Shown here piece by piece: positions 1 through 8,731 of a stretch of DNA of 64,000 nt (within the stretch, counting starts at the first letter, position 1; each line of letters starts with the position of its first letter). The notes under the pieces were generated by a model. That model ran no database searches. It was not told the DNA's origin and saw only the letters and a list, made by a program, of their open reading frames with translations. Location of the stretch: positions 64,001 to 128,000 of the forward strand of contig OZ245842.1 in the NCBI GenBank assembly GCA_965228895.1. The letters are read 5' to 3'. This DNA is from Alphaproteobacteria bacterium. Lineage in GTDB: Bacteria; Pseudomonadota; Alphaproteobacteria; SP197. Made by a program: the position numbers and the translations under genes.

Positions 1-2
1 AG

Positions 3-818
3 GCTGGCGAATGGGTCATCAGCCTGGCCTGCCTGGTGCCTTATCTGCTGATCGCCACGGGCCTGTGTTACGCCTATTTTCGCGCTGCCGCGGGGTATCA
101 CCCGGTGACCGCCTTCTTTTCTGGCGTGCCCGGCGGTTTGAGCGAGATGATCATGCTGGGAACCGCCATGGGCGGCGATGTCCGTGCGATATCCCTGGCC
201 CATGCCGCGCGCATCCTGCTCGTGGTCTCGGTGATCCCCGTCTGGTTCCAGGTCGCCGGTTCGTATGATCCCGCCATGAACGCGCCGCCGGATCAAATCC
301 ATGTCGCCGATCTGTCATGGGACGACATCCTGATCCTATCGGCATGTGCCGTCCTCGGCCTGTTGGCGGCACGCCGCCTGAGGCTGCCGGCAGCGCCTTT
401 GCTTGGTCCAATGGTGTTAAGCGCCGTCGTTCACCTGGCGGGCTTGACGGGTTCCATCCCGCCGGTGGAGGCGGTTGCCGCAGCGCAGATCGTCTTGGGG
501 ACGGCCATCGGTTGCCGCTTTGCCGGCACGGCGACAGGCGCCGTGCTCAGGGCCATCGTTCTGGCATTGGGTGCGCTTGTCATTCTGCTGGTCGTCGCCG
601 TCTGCTTCGCCCTGGGCTTGGCGTTTGCCACCGGCCTTGCGTTCGACGCACTGCTTCTGGCTTATGCGCCCGGCGGATTGGCCGAGATGACCTTGATTGC
701 GCTCTCCAAAAACATCGATCCTGCCTTTGTCAGTGCCCATCATGTGGTCAGAATCGCTCTTCTGGTCACGATAGCGCCTATTCTTGCCCGATTTCTTTTT
801 TCTCGCGCGAAATTCTGA
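3..818 (+). CDS. AbrB family membrane protein (5'-truncated by the window)
   Basis: Very hydrophobic; duplicated PGG(L)xEM motifs (VPGGLSEM, APGGLAEM) and H..R motifs; frame is open from the window start. Confidence 0.85.
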   Translation, partial: AGEWVISLACLVPYLLIATGLCYAYFRAAAGYHPVTAFFSGVPGGLSEMIMLGTAMGGDVRAISLAHAARILLVVSVIPVWFQVAGSYDPAMNAPPDQIHVADLSWDDILILSACAVLGLLAARRLRLPAAPLLGPMVLSAVVHLAGLTGSIPPVEAVAAAQIVLGTAIGCRFAGTATGAVLRAIVLALGALVILLVVAVCFALGLAFATGLAFDALLLAYAPGGLAEMTLIALSKNIDPAFVSAHHVVRIALLVTIAPILARFLFSRAKF

Positions 819-820
819 CT

Positions 821-836
821 GTTAACCCTTTCTAAA
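821..836. promoter_or_regulatory. CtrA-like box upstream of the flp pilin
   Basis: GTTAA-CCCTTTC-TAAA; the reverse strand reads TTTA-N7-TTAAC, one mismatch to TTAA-N7-TTAAC; ~100 bp upstream of the pilin ATG. Confidence 0.45.
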
Positions 837-934
837 GGGGGGTGGGCCATATTTTAGCGTGCCGGGGGTGCTGCAGATGGCAGAACGTCGCCCGCTTGGC
901 AATCGTGCGCCATTTTGGCGCCAGGAGGGACCGC

Positions 935-1141
935 ATGTCCGAGAGTTTATGGGTGCGTTGCCGACGCGGGTTCGGTGCAATTGCCGGCAACCGTGACGGT
1001 GTCACGGCAATGGAGTACGCCTTGATTGCCGCTGCGGTAGCTGTTGCCCTTGCCGCAATCGTAGTCCTGCTTGGCGGCGAGATAGCCAACTTGTTCATCA
1101 CGGTCGAAAGTGAAGTGAGCAAAGTCTCCGATTCGAGCTAA
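935..1141 (+). CDS. flp: Flp family type IVb pilin
   Basis: G|VTAMEYALIAA prepilin motif followed by a hydrophobic helix; AGGAGG RBS at 923; 68 aa. Confidence 0.9.
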   Translation: MSESLWVRCRRGFGAIAGNRDGVTAMEYALIAAAVAVALAAIVVLLGGEIANLFITVESEVSKVSDSS

Positions 1142-1246
1142 GACCGCGCCACCACCAGCCTATCGGTATCGTCACGGTTGTTGCGGCCGGCGCTTGTTCG
1201 TGACACAACACCGCCGCCGCCGCCCACATCTGATGACTGTGACGGG

Positions 1247-2293
1247 ATGTCTTCTCTCGCGTCTTTCGATTCCGCTCCGGCGTGTGATCGCCTGCATACA
1301 CTCCTGGCCGAAAAGCCCTATCTTGTCGCCGATGGCGCCATGGGCACCAACCTGTTTGCGCTTGGCCTGCAGACCGGCGATGCACCAGAACTATGGAACA
1401 TCGACCATCCCGAGCGCCTGATCGATCTGCACGGTCGCATGGTGTCGGCCGGTGCCGACATTATCCTGACCAACAGTTTTGGCGGTACGCGCCACCGTCT
1501 GAAGCTCCACGACGCACAGGATCGCGTCAGTGAGCTGAACAGCGCCGCGGCGCGTCTGGCGCGCCAGGTCGCCGACGCCGCCGGTCGCCCGGTTCTTGTC
1601 GCCGGTTCCATGGGGCCGACCGGCGAAATCATGGAGCCGATCGGTGCGCTTTCGACCGATGATGCGGTCGCGGCGTTTCGCGAACAGGCCGAGGCACTCG
1701 CGGCCGGCGGTGCCGACATGATCTGGATCGAGACAATGTCGTCACGCGAAGAGGCCGAGGCCGCGATCGAAGCGGCCCGAGGCACGGCCCTGCCGATTGT
1801 CTGCACGATGACGTTCGATACCAACGGCCGCACCATGATGGGCGTGACGCCGGAAGCGGCAATCGCCTTCTATCGCGATCATGAGCCAGGACTGGCGGCG
1901 TGCGGCGCCAACTGCGGCAACGGGTTCGGCGAACTGATCGCCGCTGTCGCCGGCATGCATCAGGCAGGGACCAGCCACGATCCGGTGCTTGTTGCCAAGG
2001 GCAACTGCGGCATTCCGGAGTTTGTCGACGGAGAAATCCGCTACTCCGGCACCCCGGAACTGATGATGACCTATGCCCGGATGGCGTGCGACGCGGGCGC
2101 GCGGATCATCGGCGGTTGCTGCGGGTCGACGCCCGAACATGTCCGCGCGATCGTTGAAGCGCTTGACGGCTATGTGCCCGGTGACGCGCCGAACCTCGAC
2201 GGCATTCGCGATACACTCGGTCTGAACCGCGCCGCCGGTGTCGATGACGGCGCCCGTCCTACGCGGGCGCGCCGCAGCCGGCGCCGCAGTTAG
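1247..2293 (+). CDS. bmt: Homocysteine S-methyltransferase (betaine-homocysteine methyltransferase / stand-alone MetH Hcy domain)
   Basis: DGAMGT, GANC and IIGGCCG Zn-binding motifs; Arg-rich C-terminus. Confidence 0.85.
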   Translation: MSSLASFDSAPACDRLHTLLAEKPYLVADGAMGTNLFALGLQTGDAPELWNIDHPERLIDLHGRMVSAGADIILTNSFGGTRHRLKLHDAQDRVSELNSAAARLARQVADAAGRPVLVAGSMGPTGEIMEPIGALSTDDAVAAFREQAEALAAGGADMIWIETMSSREEAEAAIEAARGTALPIVCTMTFDTNGRTMMGVTPEAAIAFYRDHEPGLAACGANCGNGFGELIAAVAGMHQAGTSHDPVLVAKGNCGIPEFVDGEIRYSGTPELMMTYARMACDAGARIIGGCCGSTPEHVRAIVEALDGYVPGDAPNLDGIRDTLGLNRAAGVDDGARPTRARRSRRRS

Positions 2294-2397
2294 CCCAACG
2301 TTCTGGAACAGGTGGCGGGGCCGGCTCGTTCTATTGCACCGCAACCTATCCAGAAGTGACCGGACAGGCCCCTTGCAGCCGGCTTGGCAACGTTCTA

Positions 2398-2412
2398 TTG
2401 TGCACTGCACAA
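2398..2412. promoter_or_regulatory. PhaR-like operator palindrome
   Basis: TTGTGCA-C-TGCACAA fits TGCRNYGCASMA; a second TGCACCGCA lies at 2335-2343; upstream of the MaoC hydratase. Confidence 0.6.
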
Positions 2413-2433
2413 GATTCTTATGGAGCCTGATCG

Positions 2434-2895
2434 ATGGATCAAGCGGTGACGGACCACTTCAACGACTACTATGTCGGCCAGACCGAAAGTTATGCGCGGA
2501 CGATCTCGGAAACGGACATCGTTCTGTTTTCGGGCGTTTCCGGTGACGATAACCCCGTCCACCTAAACGAAATCTACGCGGCGGAGTCCTTCTTTAAGGG
2601 CCGCATCGCCCACGGCATGCTGACCGCCAGCTACATCTCGACCGTGATTGGGACCCGGCTTCCGGGACCCGGCACCATCTACCTGGGCCAGAATCTGACG
2701 TTCTGGGCGCCGGTCCGGGCGGGGGACACGGTGACGGCGACCGTGACGATCAAGGCGATCGATCCGGAAAAGCGGCGGCTTACGTTGACGACCAACTGCA
2801 CCGTCGGCGACGAGACCGTCATCGAAGGCGAGGCGCTTGTCATGCTCCCGCTTCCCGAAGACGCCAAGGCGACGGAGAAAGGCGCTCCCGCCTAG
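2434..2895 (+). CDS. MaoC family (R)-specific enoyl-CoA hydratase (PhaJ-like)
   Basis: SGDDNPVH hydratase motif, RIAHGML, LPGPG. Confidence 0.9.
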   Translation: MDQAVTDHFNDYYVGQTESYARTISETDIVLFSGVSGDDNPVHLNEIYAAESFFKGRIAHGMLTASYISTVIGTRLPGPGTIYLGQNLTFWAPVRAGDTVTATVTIKAIDPEKRRLTLTTNCTVGDETVIEGEALVMLPLPEDAKATEKGAPA

Positions 2896-2944
2896 CGTAC
2901 GGACCCGGTTGTGTCCCCGGCGCCTTGCGGTTAGGACAGGCGCC

Positions 2945-3946
2945 ATGATCATTCAGCACGAGATTGACGCGACGTCCGACGCGTTGCGCGGCGGCGTTTT
3001 TGCGCTCGGCAACTTCGACGGCGTGCATCGCGGCCATCGCGCGGTGATCGACGCGGCCGGTGCCCTGGCCCGTGCCGAAGACAGGCCCTGGGGCGTGATC
3101 ACCTTCGAACCGCATCCGCGCGAATTCTTCCAAGCCTCGTCCGTGCCGTTCCGATTGACGCCGTTTCGCCAGAAGGCGCGGTTGCTCAACAACATCGGCA
3201 TCGACGTCATGGTCAATCTGCCGTTCGCCGGCGACATGGCCGGGCGCAGCGCCCAGGATTTCGTCATGGAAGTTTTGGTCGATGGCCTCGGACTGGCGCA
3301 CGTCGTGACCGGGCCGGGCTTTGTCTTCGGCAAGGGCCGGCGCGGCAACGGTTATGTCCTCAGTCACATGGCGGGCATGGAGGGGTTTGGCTACACCGAG
3401 ATCGAGACCTACCTGGATCAAGACAAAAAGGTCTCATCGACCGAAATCCGTGTCCTGCTGCGCCGCGGCCAGGTCGATCGCGCGAACGCGCTGCTCGGCC
3501 ATTTGTGGGAATTCGAGGGCCGCGTCGGACCCGGCGACAAGCGCGGCCGCACCATGGGTTTTCCGACCGCGAACCTGTCGCTGGACGAGCGTCTGCATCC
3601 CGGACCGGGCATTTATGCCGTCCGCGCTGGTCTGGCGGAATCCGGCGCCGAGGGCTGGGACAGCGGCACCACGTGGTATGACGGCGCCGCCTATATCGGC
3701 ACGCGGCCGACCTTTGACGGCAAGACCGTGGTCCTGGAGACGTATCTGTTCGATTTTGACGGCGATCTTTATGACCAGCGTCTGCGTGTTGCCTTTGTCG
3801 AACGGGTCAGAAAGGACATGACGTTTACCGGCATGGACGATCTGGCGCGACAGATGGAAGACGACTGCAACCGGGCCCGCGACGTCCTGGCGGTGCTGGA
3901 TGGCCGGTCGCCGGAGACCTCGGGCCTGCCGAAGGTGGCGGTTTGA
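2945..3946 (+). CDS. ribF: Bifunctional riboflavin kinase / FAD synthetase
   Basis: GNFDGVHRGH, SST.IR, GRTMGFPTAN, RPTF motifs; conserved ribF-ileS-lspA order. Confidence 0.96.
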   Translation: MIIQHEIDATSDALRGGVFALGNFDGVHRGHRAVIDAAGALARAEDRPWGVITFEPHPREFFQASSVPFRLTPFRQKARLLNNIGIDVMVNLPFAGDMAGRSAQDFVMEVLVDGLGLAHVVTGPGFVFGKGRRGNGYVLSHMAGMEGFGYTEIETYLDQDKKVSSTEIRVLLRRGQVDRANALLGHLWEFEGRVGPGDKRGRTMGFPTANLSLDERLHPGPGIYAVRAGLAESGAEGWDSGTTWYDGAAYIGTRPTFDGKTVVLETYLFDFDGDLYDQRLRVAFVERVRKDMTFTGMDDLARQMEDDCNRARDVLAVLDGRSPETSGLPKVAV

Positions 3947-3952
3947 TGCGCC

Positions 3953-3981
3953 TCGACTTGCCCCTTTGGGGCTGGTAAAAC
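3953..3981 (+). promoter_or_regulatory. Putative sigma70 promoter for the ileS leader
   Basis: TCGACT (3953-3958) - 17 bp - TAAAAC (3976-3981) - 7 bp - ATG at 3989. Confidence 0.5.
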
Positions 3982-3988
3982 CCGCGCC

Positions 3989-4069
3989 ATGCCGGCCAAA
4001 CGTTTCATAACGGGGCGCGCGCCTTTGGCCATAGAGCCCGCGCGAATTATCGGCCCGGTCCTGATCTAA
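3989..4069 (+). CDS. Putative Ile-rich leader peptide of ileS (MPAKRFITGRAPLAIEPARIIGPVLI)
   Basis: 26 aa with 5 Ile codons (ATA, ATA, ATT, ATC, ATC); the stop codon overlaps the loop of a 9-bp hairpin (4054-4062/4069-4077). Confidence 0.6.
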   Translation: MPAKRFITGRAPLAIEPARIIGPVLI

Positions 4070-4127
4070 GGGCCGGGACGCCTTCCGTCATCCCGTTTGA
4101 TAAGTTTTCCGACAAAGGTTGCGTGTC

Positions 4128-6977
4128 ATGACTGCCGACTACAAGTCGACGCTGTTTCTGCCAAAAACTGAGTTTCCCATGAAGGCCGGCCTGCCGAAGC
4201 GCGAGCCGGAACTCCTGGAGCGCTGGCAGACCATGGACCTCTACCGCGTGCTGCGCGAGGACTCCAAAGGTCGTGAGAAGTTCATCCTGCATGACGGCCC
4301 GCCCTACGCGAACGGCCATCTGCATATCGGCCACGCGCTCAACAAGATCCTCAAAGACGTCATCAACCGGTCCCAGCAGATGCTGGGCAAGGACGCCAAC
4401 TACGTGCCCGGCTGGGATTGCCACGGTCTGCCGATCGAATGGAAGATCGAGGAACAGTACCGCGCCGCGGGCAAGGACAAGGACGAGGTGCCGATCGTCG
4501 AGTTCCGCCGCGAATGCCGGGACTTCGCCGAGCACTGGATCGGCGTGCAGTCCGACGAGTTTCAGCGGCTCGGCGTCATCGGCGACTGGAAGCGGCCCTA
4601 TACGACCATGAGCTTTGACGCCGAGGCGCAGATCGTGCGCGAGCTCGGCAAGTTCATCATGGATGGCTCGCTCTATCGCGGCTCGAAGCCCGTCATGTGG
4701 TCGTGCGTCGAAAAGACCGCGCTTGCCGAAGCCGAGATCGAATACGACGACCACAAGTCGACGACCATCGATCTGGCGTTCCCTGTCATCAAAGCGTCGG
4801 TACCCGTGCTTGACGGCGCGGCCATCGTCATCTGGACGACAACGCCCTGGACGATCCCCGGCAACCGCGCGATCGCCTATGGCAAGGCCATGGACTACCG
4901 CGTGGTCGAGGTCGCCGAGGTGACGGAGAAATCCGGCGCCAAGCCGGGCGACCGTCTGGTCTTTGTCGCCGAGCTGATGGAAGGCGCGCTCAAGCGTTGC
5001 GGCGTCACGGCCCATCAAGAGGTCGCTCAACTGAAAGGCGCCGACCTGGCCGGCACGGTGACGTCGCACCCATTGCGCGGGCAAGGCTACGATTTCGATG
5101 TGCCACTGTTGGCCGGTGATCACGTGACCACCAAACAAGGCACCGGCTTTGTGCATATCGCGCCGGGCCATGGCGCGGAGGACTGGGTGCTGGGCATCGA
5201 GAACAATATCGAGGTGCCGTTCACGGTCGGTGAAGACGGCGCTTACTACGACACCGTTCCGCTGTTCGCCGGTAAGCGAGTTCTGACCGCCGACGGCAAG
5301 GAAGGCGACGCCAATGGCGCCGTGGTCAAGGCGCTCGCCGAGTCAGGCCACCTGCTCGGTGTCGGCAGGCTGGTGCACAGCTATCCCCATTCCTGGCGGT
5401 CGAAGGCACCGCTCATCTTCCGCAACACGCCGCAATGGTTCGTGTCGATGGAGACGAACGGTCTGCGTGACACCGCGCTGGCGGCGATCGACGCGACGCG
5501 CTGGGTCCCGGCTTCGGGTCAGGACCGCATCCGCGGCATGATCGAGGATCGGCCCGACTGGGTCTTGAGCCGACAGCGCGCCTGGGGTGTGCCGATCACC
5601 GTCTTTGTCCATAAGGAGAGCGGTGAGGTCCTGCGCGACCAGCAGGTCGTCGACCGCATCGCCGAGGCCGTGGCCGAAGAGGGCGCCGATGCCTGGTTCG
5701 CGGGCGATCCCCAGCGGTTCCTGGGCAACGATCACAAGGCCGAGGACTATGAGAAGGTCGATGACATCCTCGACGTCTGGTTCGACTCCGGATCGACCCA
5801 CGCCTTCGTGCTGGAGCAGCGCGAGGACTTAGCGTGGCCGGCTTCGCTTTATCTGGAGGGGTCCGACCAGCATCGCGGCTGGTTCCATTCCTCGCTTCTG
5901 GAAAGCTGCGGTACGCGTGGGCGTGCGCCCTATGACGCCGTCCTGACGCACGGTTTCGTCATGGACGGCGACGGGCGCAAGATGTCGAAGTCGCTCGGCA
6001 ACGTGGTCGCGCCGCAAAAGGTCATCGAACAGTACGGTGCGGACATTCTGCGCATCTGGGTGGTCAGCGCCGACTATTCCGAGGACTTGCGGATCAGCGG
6101 CGAAATTCTGAAGTACCAGGCCGACAGCTACCGCCGGCTCAGGAACACCCTGCGTTTTCTGCTTGGCAATCTCGCCGGTTTCGATCCCAGCGAACGGTTG
6201 GATCCCGCCGAGATGCCGGAACTCGAACGCTGGGTCCTGCATCGCGTGGTCGAGCTTGACTCCGTTGTGCGCGAGGCCTGCGACAATTTCGATTTCCACG
6301 AACTCTTCATTGCCGTCCATAATTTCTGCGCGACCGATCTCTCCGCGTTCTATTTCGATATCCGCAAGGACGCGCTTTATTGCGACCGCGCGGACTCGAA
6401 ACGCCGGCGCGCGGCGCGCACGGTGCTTGACGTGCTGTTCGATTGCCTGACGGCCTGGCTTGCACCGGTCCTTTGCTTTACCGCCGAGGAGGCGTGGTTG
6501 ACCCGTTTCCCTGGCGAGGGCGAAAGTGTGCACCGGCGGACCTTCCCTGACGTGCAGGATGTCTGGCGCGACGATGCCCTGGCAAAAAAGTGGCGGCGCG
6601 TACGCCGGCTGCGCCGGGTCGTGACAGGTGCATTGGAAGTTGAGAGACGCGAGAAGCGGATCGGCGCTAGTCTTCAGGCCCATCCCAAGGTTTATGCGAC
6701 GGCCGAGGATATCGCCGCGTTGGATGGCCTTGATCTCGCCGAAATTGCCATCACATCATCGGCTACCTTGATCGAGGGAACGCCGCCGGACGATGCCTTC
6801 CGCCTGGAAGACGTCGCCGACATTGGCGTGGTGCCCGGTTTTGCGGATGGTCAGAAATGCGAGCGATGCTGGATGGTGCTGGATGATGTTGGCCGCGACC
6901 CCATCTACCCGGAACTGTGTGCACGCTGCGCCGACGTGGTGGCGTCGTTGACCCATGTGGTCGAAGTGAGCGGCTAA
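4128..6977 (+). CDS. ileS: Isoleucine--tRNA ligase
   Basis: HDGPPYANGHLHIGH, GWDCHGLP, KMSKS, C-terminal CERC...CARC zinc finger. Confidence 0.98.
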   Translation: MTADYKSTLFLPKTEFPMKAGLPKREPELLERWQTMDLYRVLREDSKGREKFILHDGPPYANGHLHIGHALNKILKDVINRSQQMLGKDANYVPGWDCHGLPIEWKIEEQYRAAGKDKDEVPIVEFRRECRDFAEHWIGVQSDEFQRLGVIGDWKRPYTTMSFDAEAQIVRELGKFIMDGSLYRGSKPVMWSCVEKTALAEAEIEYDDHKSTTIDLAFPVIKASVPVLDGAAIVIWTTTPWTIPGNRAIAYGKAMDYRVVEVAEVTEKSGAKPGDRLVFVAELMEGALKRCGVTAHQEVAQLKGADLAGTVTSHPLRGQGYDFDVPLLAGDHVTTKQGTGFVHIAPGHGAEDWVLGIENNIEVPFTVGEDGAYYDTVPLFAGKRVLTADGKEGDANGAVVKALAESGHLLGVGRLVHSYPHSWRSKAPLIFRNTPQWFVSMETNGLRDTALAAIDATRWVPASGQDRIRGMIEDRPDWVLSRQRAWGVPITVFVHKESGEVLRDQQVVDRIAEAVAEEGADAWFAGDPQRFLGNDHKAEDYEKVDDILDVWFDSGSTHAFVLEQREDLAWPASLYLEGSDQHRGWFHSSLLESCGTRGRAPYDAVLTHGFVMDGDGRKMSKSLGNVVAPQKVIEQYGADILRIWVVSADYSEDLRISGEILKYQADSYRRLRNTLRFLLGNLAGFDPSERLDPAEMPELERWVLHRVVELDSVVREACDNFDFHELFIAVHNFCATDLSAFYFDIRKDALYCDRADSKRRRAARTVLDVLFDCLTAWLAPVLCFTAEEAWLTRFPGEGESVHRRTFPDVQDVWRDDALAKKWRRVRRLRRVVTGALEVERREKRIGASLQAHPKVYATAEDIAALDGLDLAEIAITSSATLIEGTPPDDAFRLEDVADIGVVPGFADGQKCERCWMVLDDVGRDPIYPELCARCADVVASLTHVVEVSG

Positions 6978-6982
6978 CGTCC

Positions 6983-7465
6983 ATGATGCGTTTGGCCCTT
7001 GTGATTGCCGGCGTGGTCCTGGTCTTGGATCAAGTCTCCAAGGTCTGGTTGCTCGGGGTCATGGAAGCCAACGCTTACCGCCCGATCGAAGTGACCGGCT
7101 TCTTCAACCTCGTGATGGTCTGGAACGAAGGCGTCAGTTTCGGCATGCTGAAGGTGGGTTCAGACATGATGCGCTGGATCTTGATGGGCTTCGCCCTTGC
7201 TGTCGCTGTGGCCTTGCTGATTTGGGCACGCCGGTCTGCCGGAATGGTGCTGACGGTCGGGATCGGATTGATCGCCGGCGGTGCCGTCGGGAACGCGCTG
7301 GACAGGCTGTTTTATGGCGCCGTCGCCGACTTTTTCGATGTCCATGTAAGCGGCTTTCATTGGCCAGCCTTCAATATTGCCGATTCTGGGATTACAATCG
7401 GCGTTGTGCTGCTGCTCTACGATACGCTGCTGAATCGTCGTCCTGACCCCAAAGTGTCTGCATGA
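6983..7465 (+). CDS. lspA: Lipoprotein signal peptidase II
   Basis: DQxSK, NxGVSF, GAVGNALDR, VADFF and AFNIAD motifs. Confidence 0.96.
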   Translation: MMRLALVIAGVVLVLDQVSKVWLLGVMEANAYRPIEVTGFFNLVMVWNEGVSFGMLKVGSDMMRWILMGFALAVAVALLIWARRSAGMVLTVGIGLIAGGAVGNALDRLFYGAVADFFDVHVSGFHWPAFNIADSGITIGVVLLLYDTLLNRRPDPKVSA

Positions 7466-8046
7466 GGATCGCTCCGGCCATGACACTCCGACGTTCCCTA
7501 ACCCTCGCTTCGTTGGTCTTGATCGTTGCCGCGATGACCGCCTGCGCGCAGGCGCGTCAGTCGCTGGGGCTGGGCAAGAACCCGCCTGACGAGTTCAGGA
7601 TCGTGTCGCGCGCGCCGCTGGACCTGCCGGAAACCTTCGAACTGCCGTCACCGAGCCCTGGTATGACACGGCCACAGGAGCTGCAACCGCAAGAGGATGC
7701 CCAGGCGGCGCTGTTTGGGCAGCCGCTTGGCACCGGTAACGAACCTGAGTATTCGCCAGGCGAGCAGTCGGTCTTGATCGCCGCTCGAACCGAAGAAGAG
7801 GTCGACGATATTCGCGAGACAGTCGACCGCGAATCCACCGAGTTGTACGCCGAGCAGAACGACTGGGTCGAAGATGTGCTGTTCTGGAAGGATGAACAGG
7901 ATCCGACCGCTTTGCTGATCGATCCTGAACGCGAGGCCGACCGTCTGCAGAGCAATGCCGCCCTTGGCATACCTGCCAACGAGGGCGAATTTGACGGTGT
8001 CGTCGTTGAACCGCGCGAGAAGGCGCTTCTTGAGGATATCTTCTGA
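7462..8046 (+). CDS. DUF3035 family lipoprotein
   Basis: Lipobox-like MTAC; KNPPDEFRIVSRAPLDLP motif; position after lspA (start may be 7480). Confidence 0.8.
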   Translation: MRIAPAMTLRRSLTLASLVLIVAAMTACAQARQSLGLGKNPPDEFRIVSRAPLDLPETFELPSPSPGMTRPQELQPQEDAQAALFGQPLGTGNEPEYSPGEQSVLIAARTEEEVDDIRETVDRESTELYAEQNDWVEDVLFWKDEQDPTALLIDPEREADRLQSNAALGIPANEGEFDGVVVEPREKALLEDIF

Positions 8047-8048
8047 TT

Positions 8049-8564
8049 ATGGCGAACAGACATGCCAAAGCGTCTGTGGTTGCAGCCGTTGTCGCGGGCG
8101 CGTTGTTGGCCACCGCGTGTTCGAACGACGAATTGTTGCCCGGCGTCGGCTATCGTGTGCCCGGCGAGTCCACGTCGGCGGAACTGCTGCCCTTGACCGT
8201 GCCGCCGGACTTCGGCTTGCGTCCCGAACCGATCGACGAAACCGCTGAAGGTCTTGGGATCGTCTCAACGCAGGAAGAAGAGATCTTCGTCGTGCAGAAC
8301 GACACCATCACGCGTGGCGAGGAGATCATCCTGTCGCGCTCTGACGTCGAAAGCGCCAACCCGGACATTCGAAGATTGCTGGATCAGGACAACGCCATCT
8401 TTGTCGGCAACCCAGAATTCGTCGATGCGCTGATGTTCGGCTCCTACCCCGAAGGCGGCGATGTAACGGTCGAAGAAGACGATGAGGCGGTCCAGGAGGT
8501 CGTCATCCGTGAAGGGGTCGGCGATGACGAGAGCGACTTCGAGTTTTTCGAAGACTGGTTCTAA
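8049..8564 (+). CDS. Acidic lipoprotein, DUF3035-like paralog
   Basis: Lipobox LATAC; PLTVPPDFGLRP, T.GE..IL and ANPDIR motifs resemble the upstream gene. Confidence 0.65.
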   Translation: MANRHAKASVVAAVVAGALLATACSNDELLPGVGYRVPGESTSAELLPLTVPPDFGLRPEPIDETAEGLGIVSTQEEEIFVVQNDTITRGEEIILSRSDVESANPDIRRLLDQDNAIFVGNPEFVDALMFGSYPEGGDVTVEEDDEAVQEVVIREGVGDDESDFEFFEDWF

Positions 8565-8731
8565 AACCCGCGTTGATCCGTCAGGTATCGCAGCGTGCGA
8601 CGTGACGGCGGCCACTTAACACCCGAATGGTGTAGCCCTGTCGGCGATTCGACATCACAGACGCGTGTGATGCCTTGTGACCGTCACATTTGATGGCTAG
8701 CTCCCCACAAAAGCCTATCCCCGGAGTTTGC

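Noticed and set aside
1171-1205. GTCAC...GTGAC hairpin upstream of bmt as a SAM/SAH riboswitch
   Set aside because: Lacks the conserved AACGGCTTCCTG loop and the downstream GGAGCA; no SAM-II motif either
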